DNA of 63,796 bases, filler included, from Licmophora abbreviata (GCA_900291995.1; 14 parts of 14 records of this genome joined end to end with filler, not necessarily neighbours in it), one strand, 5' to 3'; counted from the whole stretch's first letter, positions 11,841 through 23,641 are shown. Notes: generated from the letters alone by a model not told the origin. Numbers and translations are program-made.

Positions 11841-12997
11841 TCTTCATCATTATCCTCTTCTTCTGCGCTGGTGCACCCCGGACAACGGGCCCAGGAACTA
11901 CTTCATCACATGGAAGAGCTGTACCAAGCGGGCAATGAAGATGTCGAACCAGATGTATACAGCTATACGAGTGTCATCAAGGCATGGGGAAACGTGCGTG
12001 ACGAAGCGGGGTGTACCCGTGCGCTCGACTTGTTGGAACGAATGGAGACTCTGGCGACCGAGCAAGATCGTCCCAACGTACATCCCAACCCACACACATA
12101 TGCCTGCTGTATTACGGTACTGGCGAACCATGGGAGGGCTCAGCAAGCCCATGAGTTGTTACAACATTTGATTCAAAGATATGAACAAACCGGAAACGCC
12201 CACTACAAACCGGATACGGTTATTTTCAGTGCCGTTATTCAAGGATGGGCGCAATTGGCGAGTAGTGGTAGGGATACACCCTTGACGAAGTCCAATGTAG
12301 TGACTGCTGCCGATCGCGCGCTGGGGCTGCTGCTGACGATGAAACGGCTTTCGAAACATTCCGACTATGGGGACAATATCGCACCGAACGCCTATACATA
12401 CACATCTGTCTTGAAGGCACTGGCCAAGAGCGGCGATCGCAAGACCATGGCGGATACAGCTGAGCAGCTTTTGCAGGAGCTACAGCAGACATCAGCAATA
12501 CAAGCATCAACGATTCATTACAACGCGGTGTTGAATGTCATTGCGCAGAGCTCTAGCCACGACAAAGCAATCCGAGCGCAGCGATTGTTGAGCAATATGT
12601 CGAAATGTCGCTACTGTCAACCCGACGTGATTACGTTCAATGCAGTGCTACTGGCATGTGCCAATAGCTTTGGGTGGGACACGACGAAGCGCAAGGCATT
12701 GAGTATCGCGCTGGAAACGTATCAGGAGTTGTTGCAAGCAGTGGAACCGAACTCCTGCACTTATGCCTTCGTAATAAAAGCCATTCGAAAGTTGGTACCT
12801 CCCAGCGAAGCGCGACATAGTGTACTGCAAAAGGCATTTCGGGAATGCTCCGAGCGTGGGCTGGTCAATGAGTTTGTGTTGAAGCAAGTTCACCTGTCGT
12901 GTACCGACGAGCAGCGGAATAAACTGTTCGGAATGAGCCGGGAGAGTTAGGGCGAAGGATCTTCCTGAAGAATGGTCATGTCGATGTGAAGGATAGT
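11841..12997 (+). CDS. Pentatricopeptide-repeat (PPR) protein, 5' part lost in gap; possible 1-nt frameshift near the 3' end
   Basis: Tandem ~35-aa PPR motifs (PDVYSYTSVIKAW, PNPHTYACCITVL, PDTVIFSAVIQGW, PNAYTYTSVLKAL, PDVITFNAVLLAC). The ORF stops at 12950, but the +1 frame continues DLPEEWSCRCEG*. Confidence 0.9.
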
Positions 12998-13447
12998 CAC
13001 ATTCATTCTACAGTAGGATCAAGGATTGTAGACTAGCTTGAAGCAGGCAACTACTTTACCTGTTAGCGACGAGCGACTGGAGTTTCTGATATCGTCTGGA
13101 TAGGAAACTGCGCGTGCTCCAGTTCGGTAGATAGACGCTACCAGGTAGAGTACATGGAGTCGTGGAGCACTTCTTAGGTCGATAGATACCGGTAGAGTTT
13201 CAGCGGAATCGTTCGACTTGTACTCTCAAGCGTTGAAGTACAGGTAGATCAAGAATCACGTAGATGCTTATGCTTATCATTGAATCGCGCGAACTCTGGA
13301 GATAAGCAAGTTTCAACCTGCCTTTGTGGAAAGTCATCACTCATCACGACAATGTCCGCGATTCAATTCGCTTCACTCTTTCGCTGCTCCTGCGGAAGTT
13401 GAAATCAATTCTTTCGGCACGCGTCATTTCATTAGCGATACCGTACT

Positions 13448-13786
13448 ATGGGAAACGCTTACAGTAAAAAGACCAAGTTCTGTTTCGTCGGAGACCTCTG
13501 GTGCAAGCCTGAACACACAGAATTTGTCAAGACAGAACTGTACCAATTGGTTCAAGCGACACGCGTCGAACACGGTTGTATGGATTACGAATTTCATCAA
13601 GATATCGAGAAGCCCGATCATTTTGTTATTGTTGGACGGTGGAAAACTACGGACGACTGGCGTGCTCACATGGAAAGCAAGCATCTCGTGGGAGCCATGG
13701 AAGTGATGAGAGGCAAGTTGGAAAAGGAGTGGGGAATAACGAAACTGAGACGCATTGAAGTCGCGGCAACCACTCAAGTCTTATAG
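13448..13786 (+). CDS. Antibiotic-biosynthesis-monooxygenase (ABM; putative quinol monooxygenase) domain protein
   Basis: Typical ABM pattern LVQATRVEHGCMDYEFHQD...FVIVGRW...WRAHMESKHL. Intronless, 112 aa. Confidence 0.85.
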   Translation: MGNAYSKKTKFCFVGDLWCKPEHTEFVKTELYQLVQATRVEHGCMDYEFHQDIEKPDHFVIVGRWKTTDDWRAHMESKHLVGAMEVMRGKLEKEWGITKLRRIEVAATTQVL

Positions 13787-14455
13787 AAAGAATCGTGTGT
13801 GTTTGAAGGAAGATTGCCGTCAGTATAAAAGTGGTTGCGTCTTTTTAACTTCTTGTTGAGATATACGAACAATACTAAAGATGGCTGTTGATTCGACTTA
13901 CGACTGAAGGTGTTTTTTGTAAAGAAATGCACGATACGCATCGAGCCGATATGTAAGGGGTTATTAGNNNNNNNNNNNNNNNNNNNNNNNNNNNNNNNNN
14001 NNNNNNNNNNNTTAATTAATTAANNNNNNNNNNNNNNNNNNNNNNNNNNNNNNNNNNNNNNNNNNNNGGCATGTTGGGGGTTTAAAGAGAGGCGACTCAA
14101 AGGAACATTGCTCTCCATGTCCTCATCGTAGTCGACCGATACACTGCCTGCTGATAGCGCTGTGGTCGCCGTGGTTGCGATTCATTCTACGAGCGTCGTA
14201 CTGACTGTCTCATTCGAAATTATGAGTCGAAGGTGTCGGATCGATCGAGACATGAAAAGTCATATCAAAAACGTCGCTCGTGAAGAAGAAATGACTCTTC
14301 GTTGACGCAGTACGAAGTGCACCGTAGAGAAGGCCCGACGCGCTTGCACGTCAGAATAAATCTGAGATCACAAAGCCCTTGAAGATCCGTCGATCCGAGA
14401 ACCAAGGCTCTCTTGTCAATGTACATGAAAGCACCAAAAGCCGCTTCGATTCACG

Positions 14456-14999
14456 ATGAAGCTTTTCTATTCACTCTTGCTGGCGTTGTCGCTCTTCCTG
14501 TCGTCGTCACAAGCCCACAAAGAATCGTCGGTCCATCGTATCGCCGACCTTGACGGCCAAGACCATAGGCTCAGTCGCACTGACGCATCAGGTGGCCTTG
14601 ACCCCAAGTACTATTGCAGAGCAAGATGCAGACTGGTTACCCGTTTCTGTGATAATACCCATTTAGACGGTGACGCTGGTAAGTCGGCCTTGCCTCGGCT
14701 ACCATCGCTATCTTAGATTGTCTTCGCTTGTCCATGATGATTCTGAATTCTGACACTTCAATTCACTTTTCTTCCCCATCGTAGTCGTGGACCCGGATGG
14801 AGTTCCCGTCTCGTGTCCAACGGAAGAAGACTGTATCAAAGAGACTTGTCGCTTCTTTCCGACAATGAAACAGAAGCAGATGTGCATTGACCAATGCATC
14901 AAGATTGTTCATTCGCAATACTGTAATCTCAATTGCTCGCAGAGGAACTATGAACTATGCAAACGAGATCACTGCATGCTTGGGAACGAGAACGAGTGA
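14456..14999 (+). CDS. Secreted cysteine-rich protein, paralog 1
   Basis: Signal peptide MKLFYSLLLALSLFLSSSQA. Intron 14679-14784 (GTAAGT...TAG) joins the two ORFs in frame. Its 12 Cys align with the neighbouring gene. Confidence 0.85.
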
Positions 15000-15284
15000 G
15001 CTGTGTAACGGGCGGCAAGTGATCCATCACTGGTTTAGTGCATGATCACGAAGTATGTGTGAGAAGGGAATGCCCTCAATTGTAGCATTATAAAAGGATA
15101 AGATGGAATTATCCTCGCAGTCACGGCACGACATCACGCACGCACGTTTCTCCGAGGACCCGACGATGTGTCAGAAGTCAAAAGAGGCTTATTTGCTTAT
15201 GCCCCATTACAGATGATCTTGTGAATGGTTGTGGCGATGCTGCCATTGTTGTTAGTGTAGTAGACATTGAAGACTCGTAGAACC

Positions 15285-15803
15285 ATGAAGTTCGCAACTG
15301 TCGTTGTTTTCCTATTGCCTCTATTCGCTCCGGCGACCGCTGTGCGTAAGACTGGAGATCTCGTGAGAGTGGATGGCCGTGCGGAAGGGGGAGATAAATT
15401 GGATCGCTCAGAGAGGCCCTTGCCCCAAGAACTTCCCGACAGGATGCAACACCAAGTTGAGCATAGCTCCAACAGGTTGAACCCGAAGTACTACTGTAAA
15501 CAACGTTGTCAGCTCCTGGCGGGACACTGTGGAAAGACGAAGGTGGTGGGGGATGCGGTCGTCTTGAAGAAGGACGAAAAGACACTGTTCAGGTGCCCCA
15601 AAGAAGAAGAGTGTATCCAGAAGACGTGCCACTTCTTTCCAACCATGAAGGAAAGGATGTTTTGTGAAGACGAATGTGACAGGGCGGTTCACGGCGGATA
15701 CTGCTTTCTCGGATGCACTGAGCGCAGTTTCGATAGGTGCATGCGTGACATGTGCTCCCCTACGCCCCCAGTGGCGACCGAGCAAGTGGAGGGTGGCCAG
15801 TAA
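15285..15803 (+). CDS. Secreted cysteine-rich protein, paralog 2
   Basis: Signal peptide MKFATVVVFLLPLFAPATA. Shares PKYYC, CPxEExCIxxTCxFFPTMK and all 12 Cys with paralog 1. Confidence 0.85.
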   Translation: MKFATVVVFLLPLFAPATAVRKTGDLVRVDGRAEGGDKLDRSERPLPQELPDRMQHQVEHSSNRLNPKYYCKQRCQLLAGHCGKTKVVGDAVVLKKDEKTLFRCPKEEECIQKTCHFFPTMKERMFCEDECDRAVHGGYCFLGCTERSFDRCMRDMCSPTPPVATEQVEGGQ

Positions 15804-15954
15804 TGGACCTATATACAACGAGCGGTTCAGGTAGCGAAGAGTCGTTGAAATTACAGTACGGTATACCTATTACAAAAGATTTAGACACATGCTCGTGTCG
15901 GTTGAAACCGAGAAAATATCGTTCTCGTGCTGATGGTCCAACACAGAATAGGCA

Positions 15955-17619
15955 TCACGTCACCGTGAACTTGAGCTCTTCGGTCAACAAGTCACATTCG
16001 TACTGCGCATCAGCCCAATCATTCGCGGACAATCCTTCTTCGCCGGGATCGGGGAAATAGTAGTCCATACCCAGCGAGGCATATACACTCACTCCACTGA
16101 TTAGCTCGCGCGGTGTAATGTTGACGGCTGGATTCGTGGGACTGTCAGTACGAGTACTCAGAAACAAGTTCAAGTCATCCCGACTCCAACAGAGCTGGCC
16201 TAGTAGCCGCGTCTCCGCATAGTCCATGACACCACCGTAGTTGCTGGAGGTTGTAGGCGCATCCAAATCGGCGAGTTCGGGAAATACATCGAAAAACAAA
16301 CAATCCCATGATGAGACGACCCCCAAATACGTATTCTGAAGCGACTGAACGGTTAAGCCGCGCTGCTCTTCAATTTGCTTCGCCAGCTCCATCGAGAGCT
16401 CTTGAAATGTAGCTGACGCATTCTGATTGGTTTCGTTTAGAAAAGACAGTATTGTGGTCAGAGCATCGATCTGCACCTGTAATCGATCGTTCTCTTGTTG
16501 CAGCAGGTCTTGTTGCGATGTAAGATTGGTCACTGTCGTGTTCAGTAGTAAGTTTTCTCCTTGCAACAGCGCTACTTGCTCTGCGAGTTCGATATTCTCT
16601 TGTGCTAGTCGATTTCGTTCTGCCAACAATGCCTCTTGACCTTGAGACAGCAACGCAACCTGCTCTTGCAAATTGAGGTTCGTTTCATTCAAGTCTTGCG
16701 TTAGCTGTACAAGTGCCGCGTTCTCGAGTGAGAGTTGCTCGACGAGGGCTTCGAGTTCTGCTGTCGCGTTTTGCAACAAGGCATTCTGCGCGGCCAAATC
16801 TGCATTCGTCGCATTCAACTGGCGATTCAGCTCCGCAAATGTCTCAATCGACTCATCGAGTCGATCATTTTCCGCTTCGAGTCGATCAACTTCTTGTTCC
16901 AGTTCATCAATCGTCTGGTTCAATCTCACAACTTCCACCGTAAGTCGATCGACTAAAACTTCCAATTCATCGACTTGTCCTTCCAGTCTATCAACCTCGT
17001 CTTCCAGTCCCGTAATGCGTCCATATTGAGATGCAAAGAAAGCAAAGGAGCCAGTGACAAACAGGAAGTAGACAGCCAATATCAAAAAGACGGGCTTGCT
17101 CATGCCAAGGAAAAACGCGCGGGATACTCTTGCAGTACTCGCAGCGGCGCTGCTAGACCGCTCGCCCCCAGCTGCTACTAGTGGAGCTGAGACATGTACC
17201 GTTGTATTGGTGACTACCGACTTCTCGGGTACGGCATCACTACTCTTGGCCGCTTCCGCAAAGACGGCAGCCGCCGTGGCTCCCGAACTGGCACTAGTCG
17301 TTGATCCTGACGACAAAGGTAGCCGAGAGGGCCTGACGGGAGTCGCGGTCGGAGAAGTTTGGGTCGTGTCGGACGACATTCGAGGCAGCGGTGCGATGGC
17401 GGCTGTCGTCGAGTCATCGCGAAGGAATAAGTCGCCCGAGGAAGCCAAAGAGGTCGCACTGTCTCGAAAGATGAGGGGAGATGTTGGGGGAGACGGAAGT
17501 TCCTCATCATGGGGAGGACTCATCATATCGGAGGCGTAATCTTCGTCTTCATCGCTGCTCGTGACGCCGGATCCTCCCATCATGTGTACTGGAGTCTGAT
17601 CGCCGTTGTTGTCACTCAT
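15955..17619 (-). CDS. Type II membrane protein with long luminal/extracellular coiled coil
   Basis: 554-aa ORF: Ser/Thr/Pro-rich N-terminus, single TM (VFLILAVYFLFVTGSFAFFA), about 220 aa of heptad repeats with many N-x-T/S sites, and a small Cys/Trp-containing C-terminal domain. Confidence 0.85.
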   Translation of the reverse strand: MSDNNGDQTPVHMMGGSGVTSSDEDEDYASDMMSPPHDEELPSPPTSPLIFRDSATSLASSGDLFLRDDSTTAAIAPLPRMSSDTTQTSPTATPVRPSRLPLSSGSTTSASSGATAAAVFAEAAKSSDAVPEKSVVTNTTVHVSAPLVAAGGERSSSAAASTARVSRAFFLGMSKPVFLILAVYFLFVTGSFAFFASQYGRITGLEDEVDRLEGQVDELEVLVDRLTVEVVRLNQTIDELEQEVDRLEAENDRLDESIETFAELNRQLNATNADLAAQNALLQNATAELEALVEQLSLENAALVQLTQDLNETNLNLQEQVALLSQGQEALLAERNRLAQENIELAEQVALLQGENLLLNTTVTNLTSQQDLLQQENDRLQVQIDALTTILSFLNETNQNASATFQELSMELAKQIEEQRGLTVQSLQNTYLGVVSSWDCLFFDVFPELADLDAPTTSSNYGGVMDYAETRLLGQLCWSRDDLNLFLSTRTDSPTNPAVNITPRELISGVSVYASLGMDYYFPDPGEEGLSANDWADAQYECDLLTEELKFTVT

Positions 17620-18263
17620 TTTAGACGAATTTCACTACTCCGGAGTAGGTCGAACTTTGAACTCTTTCGCTTCACTCCGCCTCTAAGATTTGGTTGCTCT
17701 TGATGGATCCAGGGGATCTTGTGCTGCTGCTGGATCCTCAGCTGCACCACTGCATGAAGCCGCCGCTGAAGTGACACAAGGTGACATGGCCCATGAGAAT
17801 CGAATCGCCCCGTCTTGCTCTCTGCTTTGCCTGCCGGCGGCGTTCATTTTGTGAAACTGGACGAACAAGCGCTTGCTTGCTTTGATTTGTGGCATCCGTT
17901 TCGAATGTCTCAAACTGCGCGCGCCCAAAATGTACTTAGAACAGAATAGCGCCCGCCCGCGCTTCGGTGCGCTCGCCCTCTCGTCAGCTTCGAAAAGCTC
18001 GAGATCCAAAACTGATCAGCAATCTGGTCATTGCTTCTTGGCGGCGCGATTGGTGGATGATAGTGTCGATCTTTGGAGGCTCTTGGTCATCGTCCGTTCA
18101 ACAGAACTGTGTGTATAGACCCTAGTGTGCCGCGGAAACGTCCTGATTGTTCAGATTTGCTTGATTCGCGTCGAACGTCCTCAAAAAGTCACTGCAAGCC
18201 ATTGACGCCTTGTGTCGCTGCCGGTAGAGAGTTCGTCCAGATTTCGCCTTGATTTGCCTCAAA

Positions 18264-20276
18264 ATGAACGGAAGCTCCTCAGGTTTCCCTCGAGAGATGC
18301 CCTCTCGCTCTGCCAGTAACGGGAGCAGCGCCAGTAACAGCAAACGGGCCAAATACAAGGCTCTCTTGAACGAAAAAGACGCCCAGATCGCCACGCTCCA
18401 GTCCCAAATTGACTACCTCTCTAATCAGCTCGCTCGAGCCGGAAAGCAATCCAACTCTGCTTCTCCGCACCACAAGATTCACAATCAGCTCACACCCCAT
18501 GCTATCACGGTACATGAAGAACACGTCAAGCAGCGCGTACTGCTCACACAGAAACCAGAACGACTCGGTCGCAAGGCTTCCATCAACACGCGTCGCGTCT
18601 TTGATCAGCTGGAAGCACGGCAGCCCCCGTCGTCGGCGCAACACGACAATCTCGCACAGCGCATTGTCTCCATGTTCCAACATCCCGCCGCGCATGTCGA
18701 TTATCTACACTCGGAACAGTTTGCCAAGGACTTTCTGATTCTCTGCAAAGAGTGCAAGCTCTTGCTCGAAAAGGAGCCTCGAGTTGTCTTTCTACAATCC
18801 CCAGCCTACATTTTTGGAGACATTCATGGCAATCTCGAAGATTTGCATTTCTTTAGCGACAATCTCTGGCGATTGGGAATGAGTCTCACGGCGGGAAATT
18901 TTGTCTTTTTGGGCGACTATGTCGATCGCGGCATGAGCTGTCTCGAATGTGTCAGCTATTTGCTAGCTATGAAGCTGTGCCTCCCGCTCAAGGTTTTCTT
19001 GCTGCGGGGGAATCATGAAACGAGAGATGTAAATGGTACGTTGCTTCTGCTGCTACTGAGAGATAACACACGGATTCACTGGTTGGTTCTGCTCACAACT
19101 CGCCTCTGTCGTTCGTATCTACACGTACGTGTGCTCTCTCTACTCAAAGGCTGGGAGGAACACTATGGCGATCGAAGCTTCTTGGCGCAGTGCCGCATGC
19201 GGTTCGGCGATGACGTTGGCTATAAACTATGGGAACATGCTAATCAGGTCTTTGATCGAATGCCACTTGCCGCCATTGTTGACCAAGATATCTTTTGTGT
19301 ACATGGTGGTATTCCCCGGCCGAATCTCAGAGGTAGTAGTCGCATTCAAGATATTCTCAGTGTCCCCAAGGTTGCGGGCATCAATCCTCCGTATGAGCAC
19401 GAACAAGATCGGTATCAGCAAGTGGCAAGTGATTGTATCTGGAGTGACCCGGCGAGCGAGGAGCAGGAGATCCATAGCGTCGATCCTATTTCGGGCTTTG
19501 GAGAATCGCTCCGGGGTGGAGGTGCCATTTGTTTTGGGAACAAGGCTGTAACGCAGTTCTTACAGGAGCAAGGCTATTCCTACATTATGCGAGCGCACGA
19601 GGCGCATGCGGAGGGAGTGGCCGTGAGCAAGGGAGCGCGTGTCTTTACCGTTTTTAGTACGTCCAAAGATCACAATCAAGGATCGCAAGCAATGGCGGGG
19701 TGTATTCTGGTGGACTTTGAAAAGTTGCAAGTTATCAATCGATCGCCAGCCTACAAGAATCAGTATGTTCACCGACGTGATTCCGTGAGCTTAGCGGCCC
19801 TATCTGAGTCGGAGATTGAAAAGCGCATACGACTTGGACTCGTGACGCTTGCACCGCGGGAAGAGCGACAAATCGACGCCGACGACGAAGAAGAGGAGTA
19901 CGAAGAAGCCGAAGAGCAGTGGGAAGATTTCGAAGACGTAAAGGAAAAGGAAGGAACGAAAGAAGAGTATGTGTTTGCGCCGAATCGTCGCTCCTCTATA
20001 GACTTGAATTCTACGAGTAACGCTCACGATTCGATGGGCAGTCTGGACTCGCTGGAAGCCATGAACTACTCGCACGGCGACGGTCTGTCGCTCATTGTTG
20101 ACTTTGATCCATCCACTCGTAAGAGATCGTCACGAAAGCCTCGCGTGTCGGCAATTCACGAAGAAGCTATGGACGAATCGATGGACCAAGATGAGGAGGT
20201 GGCGACGGTGGATGGCGATGCGTCTGCTGGAGACTGGGGAGAAACGGACGATGGAAACGGCCTTTCTTCTTGCTAA
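18264..20276 (+). CDS. PPP-family Ser/Thr protein phosphatase with N-terminal coiled coil and acidic tail
   Basis: Motifs GDIHG, GDYVDRG, RGNHE, HGG, WSDP and RAHE. Intron 19036-19149 (GTACGT...AAG) removes the odd LLLLLL insert. ATG at 18264. Confidence 0.93.
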   Translation: MNGSSSGFPREMPSRSASNGSSASNSKRAKYKALLNEKDAQIATLQSQIDYLSNQLARAGKQSNSASPHHKIHNQLTPHAITVHEEHVKQRVLLTQKPERLGRKASINTRRVFDQLEARQPPSSAQHDNLAQRIVSMFQHPAAHVDYLHSEQFAKDFLILCKECKLLLEKEPRVVFLQSPAYIFGDIHGNLEDLHFFSDNLWRLGMSLTAGNFVFLGDYVDRGMSCLECVSYLLAMKLCLPLKVFLLRGNHETRDVNGTLLLLLLRDNTRIHWLVLLTTRLCRSYLHVRVLSLLKGWEEHYGDRSFLAQCRMRFGDDVGYKLWEHANQVFDRMPLAAIVDQDIFCVHGGIPRPNLRGSSRIQDILSVPKVAGINPPYEHEQDRYQQVASDCIWSDPASEEQEIHSVDPISGFGESLRGGGAICFGNKAVTQFLQEQGYSYIMRAHEAHAEGVAVSKGARVFTVFSTSKDHNQGSQAMAGCILVDFEKLQVINRSPAYKNQYVHRRDSVSLAALSESEIEKRIRLGLVTLAPREERQIDADDEEEEYEEAEEQWEDFEDVKEKEGTKEEYVFAPNRRSSIDLNSTSNAHDSMGSLDSLEAMNYSHGDGLSLIVDFDPSTRKRSSRKPRVSAIHEEAMDESMDQDEEVATVDGDASAGDWGETDDGNGLSSC

Positions 20277-20370
20277 GGCGTATCGTAGGCTTGGCGCAAC
20301 TACACTTTGTAGACGGATTCTACTTACGATATATCTACTGTGTACGCTCCATCGGTTAATTTGTATATAT

Positions 20371-22736
20371 CTAGCGAGAAGTAGTGCGAGCGTGCTGCGG
20401 AGGGCTTCGCGATGAGTCCAGGCGACTTCGAGACACACGCCTGTTGCTAGCTACTGTGTGCAACGAACTTCGTGGTGACCGGAGTGAGCGTCCGATGGAA
20501 CCAGCCGCAGATTGAGCGGATGACATGAGAATGTCTTGCCAAGTCATGGACCGACAGCTCTCGTACAAGGAAAGCGTCTCTGCTTGCTCCTGGGTGTAAG
20601 CGCCTTCGTGCACGCTCGGCGGACGGGCAGATGGTACTTCGGGGTGGAGGCCAGCGTACTGTTTGAGGCGCCCAATCTCGTTCTTCAAATACTCCATATC
20701 GACTTTGAGATAGTCCATGTCGTCGGCCAGCTCGTTGACAGCCGTCTTTCTTCTCTGACGAGTTGACATGCACTGTTGGAACTTATCCTTGCCCGACTGA
20801 AACTTCCACCAGAACAGAAAGTACAAGGTCCCTAGGCCAAAGAGTAGCAACAAGAAAACGCCGAGAGCGGTGAATCCCGTACCACCTTGATCGAAGCACA
20901 CGGCGATTCCGAGCAGAATGAGTGGCAAGACGAGGAACGCAACGATGACAAACACCAGCGGAAAGCCACGCCATGAGCGGGTGACCCGGCCGAGTCGACG
21001 CGCTAGCTTCAATGGGATTCTGCGCATAAATGGTATCGGATACCACATAAGGATGCCGGTCAGGTTGAAAAACAAGTGGACGAGTGCCACTTGTAGCGAG
21101 TCTACGCTGTTGCTGACCATCGCCGCCATGAGGGCCGTAAAGGTCGTGCCAATATCAGCCCCAAGCGTCAGGGGGTACATTTGCTCCAGTCCCAATACCC
21201 CCATCCCAACTAACGGGACAAGTGTTGAAATGGTAATGGAAGAACTCTGAACGAGAACTGTTGCCCCGCATCCGATTCCCATGGCGATGTATCCGTTGAT
21301 ATTCGTCGCCTTGTATATTATACGTTGCGATGCGCCCAGCAACATGTAGCGGAGTAGCGTGACAAGTCCGACGAGGCAAGCAATCAACAAGACGAGCGCA
21401 TAGATGAGACACACCCATCCCGATATTGAGTCATCTTTCTTGCTTGCCCTATCCTGAAAGAATGCAGGGCAGTTATTTGTCTTTGAGTCGCACGCGATCA
21501 GTCCTGTGGAGCACGAACTGAAAGATTCGACGCCCCCCTCGCACTCGACCGGGTAATAGTCTTCGCAGCCAAGCGTACCGCCGCTACTGGCAATGTCATC
21601 CATCATGTCAGTGTTTGCAATGATGATAAGATTTCCAAGTGGCGATACAATCTTCTTGATTGGCCCTTCCCACTTTTCGCCCTCGCCCACGTCGGACGGC
21701 AGCATGAGCTTTGTGAGTTGGAAGAGATATTGAACGGATACTTCGAGTGGAAAAAGGACGCAGACTGTAAGGACTTTGAAGCACCATACCACGGAGCTGC
21801 CTACATGATTTCAAGAAACCAGCCGACACCTTTGTTAAGATGATGGACGGAGATGAGAAACAGTGCAGGCGAAGGTGCGTGACGTACCTGCAAACGCGCG
21901 TTGCAACTCGTCGACATCGCCCATGTGCGCCAGCGACACGAGCAGGGCTGTAATCGCTGTTCCGATATTAGCTCCCACTGAAATGAGTGAATGTGAAGGA
22001 GTGCTTGTGAGCGACTACGAGCACACTCCCATCGCATAGTAGCTGCGATGGACACAACGTCGCTTGGGTGACACTTACTAACGATATAAATGGCGGTATG
22101 AACATCGAGTCCGCCGCTGACGAGAGACACGACAATGGCAGTCGTCGTAGAAGATGACTGTAACACCGCCGTCGCCAGAATACCCACCATCAAGCTGGCC
22201 ATGGGATTGGCGTCCGACCCCAACAGTGATTCGGCAGTGCATCCCCCGACCACTCGGAAGCTACGACTGAGCAGTTCGAGCCCAATCAAGAAGCAATAAA
22301 GTAGAAACAAGAGTATAAGCACTGCGAATCCAATGTACATCCATTCTCGTGATGTGTGGCAACAGCATGCGGTAAGGACGTCGTGCCATGAGACCGGCTC
22401 GCTCAAGTCTAGCTCGTCGGAAGCGACGCTCTCGATGTTATCAATGAAAATCGGCGGCATCGAGTGCTCTGACAACGCGAGATTCTGTGGTGCAGTTGGC
22501 GTCGGCTGATGCTCGACATGCTTACTTCGCTCCGTCATGGCTAGAGCAGCGTCATCATCTTGAGTGCCATTCTGAAGAGGATGTTCCATTTCGACATCAA
22601 GTACAACATTTCTCATTTCGGCCGGGGGAGACAAAAATCGAACCGAGCCGGTTCCTTCTTCCGCGGCCGAGAGCTGGGACGAAGTCCGTCGTCTAACTAT
22701 GTCGTTCGCTGAGGGTCGATCAGTGTTCGGGGGCAT
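20371..22736 (-). CDS. Sodium-dependent phosphate cotransporter, SLC34/NptA family
   Basis: Two QSSS repeats (VLQSSSTTT, LVQSSSITIS), plus MGANIGT (after splicing) and LGADIGTT, and VALVHLFFNLTG. Introns 22078-21978 and 21887-21801. Confidence 0.95.
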
Positions 22737-23203
22737 ACTGGTGTTTACTAAGTAGACAGTGTGTGATGAAAAGATTGCGGATTACTTTTTGTTGTTGTCT
22801 TTCGTTTGTTGTTCAATCAATGCGAACGCAGGTGAGTGAGGAGCTGAGTTGACAACATATTTTTGTTGACATCCCTCCTGTTCCCTCCATTTCCTAGCGC
22901 AACGAGTTTTCCCGAATCAATATTATAAACAGAACACTCTCGACGCCAGCGCTGAGAAGTGATGCTCGCGCGACCCATCGTGTGTCAATCGTTGACAACG
23001 CAGGAGATGCGGCGCGTCTGGGACTACAAGGTACTCTGCTCTGTAAGTGTACGCGTATTATGCTCCGACGGGGCAGCCAATGGCGCTGCATCCTTCTGGT
23101 GGAAGTTGCATAAAAGTAAGCTAGTTTTACCCTAAGAATTGTTAGATTTCATTAGTCCTGTCGATAGCCATGATATTCCTCTCTCTATGTTTAACTAGCG
23201 CTA

Positions 23204-23641
23204 CTACGTCCTCGACGGTGTGGCTTGCGCCGTGAAGACTGACGGAATGTCCCATACTTCTGTGATTCGTCCGTCGACGATACGCCACACGACGACCACC
23301 TCTGTTTCGATTCTTTCATTTCCCAGTATCATGGTGTTTCGAGTATGCGCCACGACCAATTCGTCTCCGACGGCCTCGACAGATAGCGGCTCCACGTGAA
23401 AGGTTCCTTTCGTACGTTTGCCCATTCCTTCAAAGAAAGCGTGGACGCCTTTTAGACCGACGTAGTCGCCCTGTACATCGGGTAGCTGGGGGTTGAAGAA
23501 GTGAAAGACGACATTGTCAGAAAATGCGTTCTTGGCGGTACTGATATCGGAAGGGTCGAACTTCTGTAGGACAGCAATGTTCGGATGCTGATGCTGGGGT
23601 GCCGCTGCTGCTGGGTTCGAACTGTTCCTGGGATGTTGCAT
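23204..23641 (-). CDS. SnoaL-like / NTF2-fold protein
   Basis: FSDNVVFH...GDYVGLKGVHAFF...VGDELVVAH...VVVWRIVDGRITEVW is a typical SnoaL/NTF2 pattern. Intronless. Confidence 0.85.
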   Translation of the reverse strand: MQHPRNSSNPAAAAPQHQHPNIAVLQKFDPSDISTAKNAFSDNVVFHFFNPQLPDVQGDYVGLKGVHAFFEGMGKRTKGTFHVEPLSVEAVGDELVVAHTRNTMILGNERIETEVVVVWRIVDGRITEVWDIPSVFTAQATPSRT

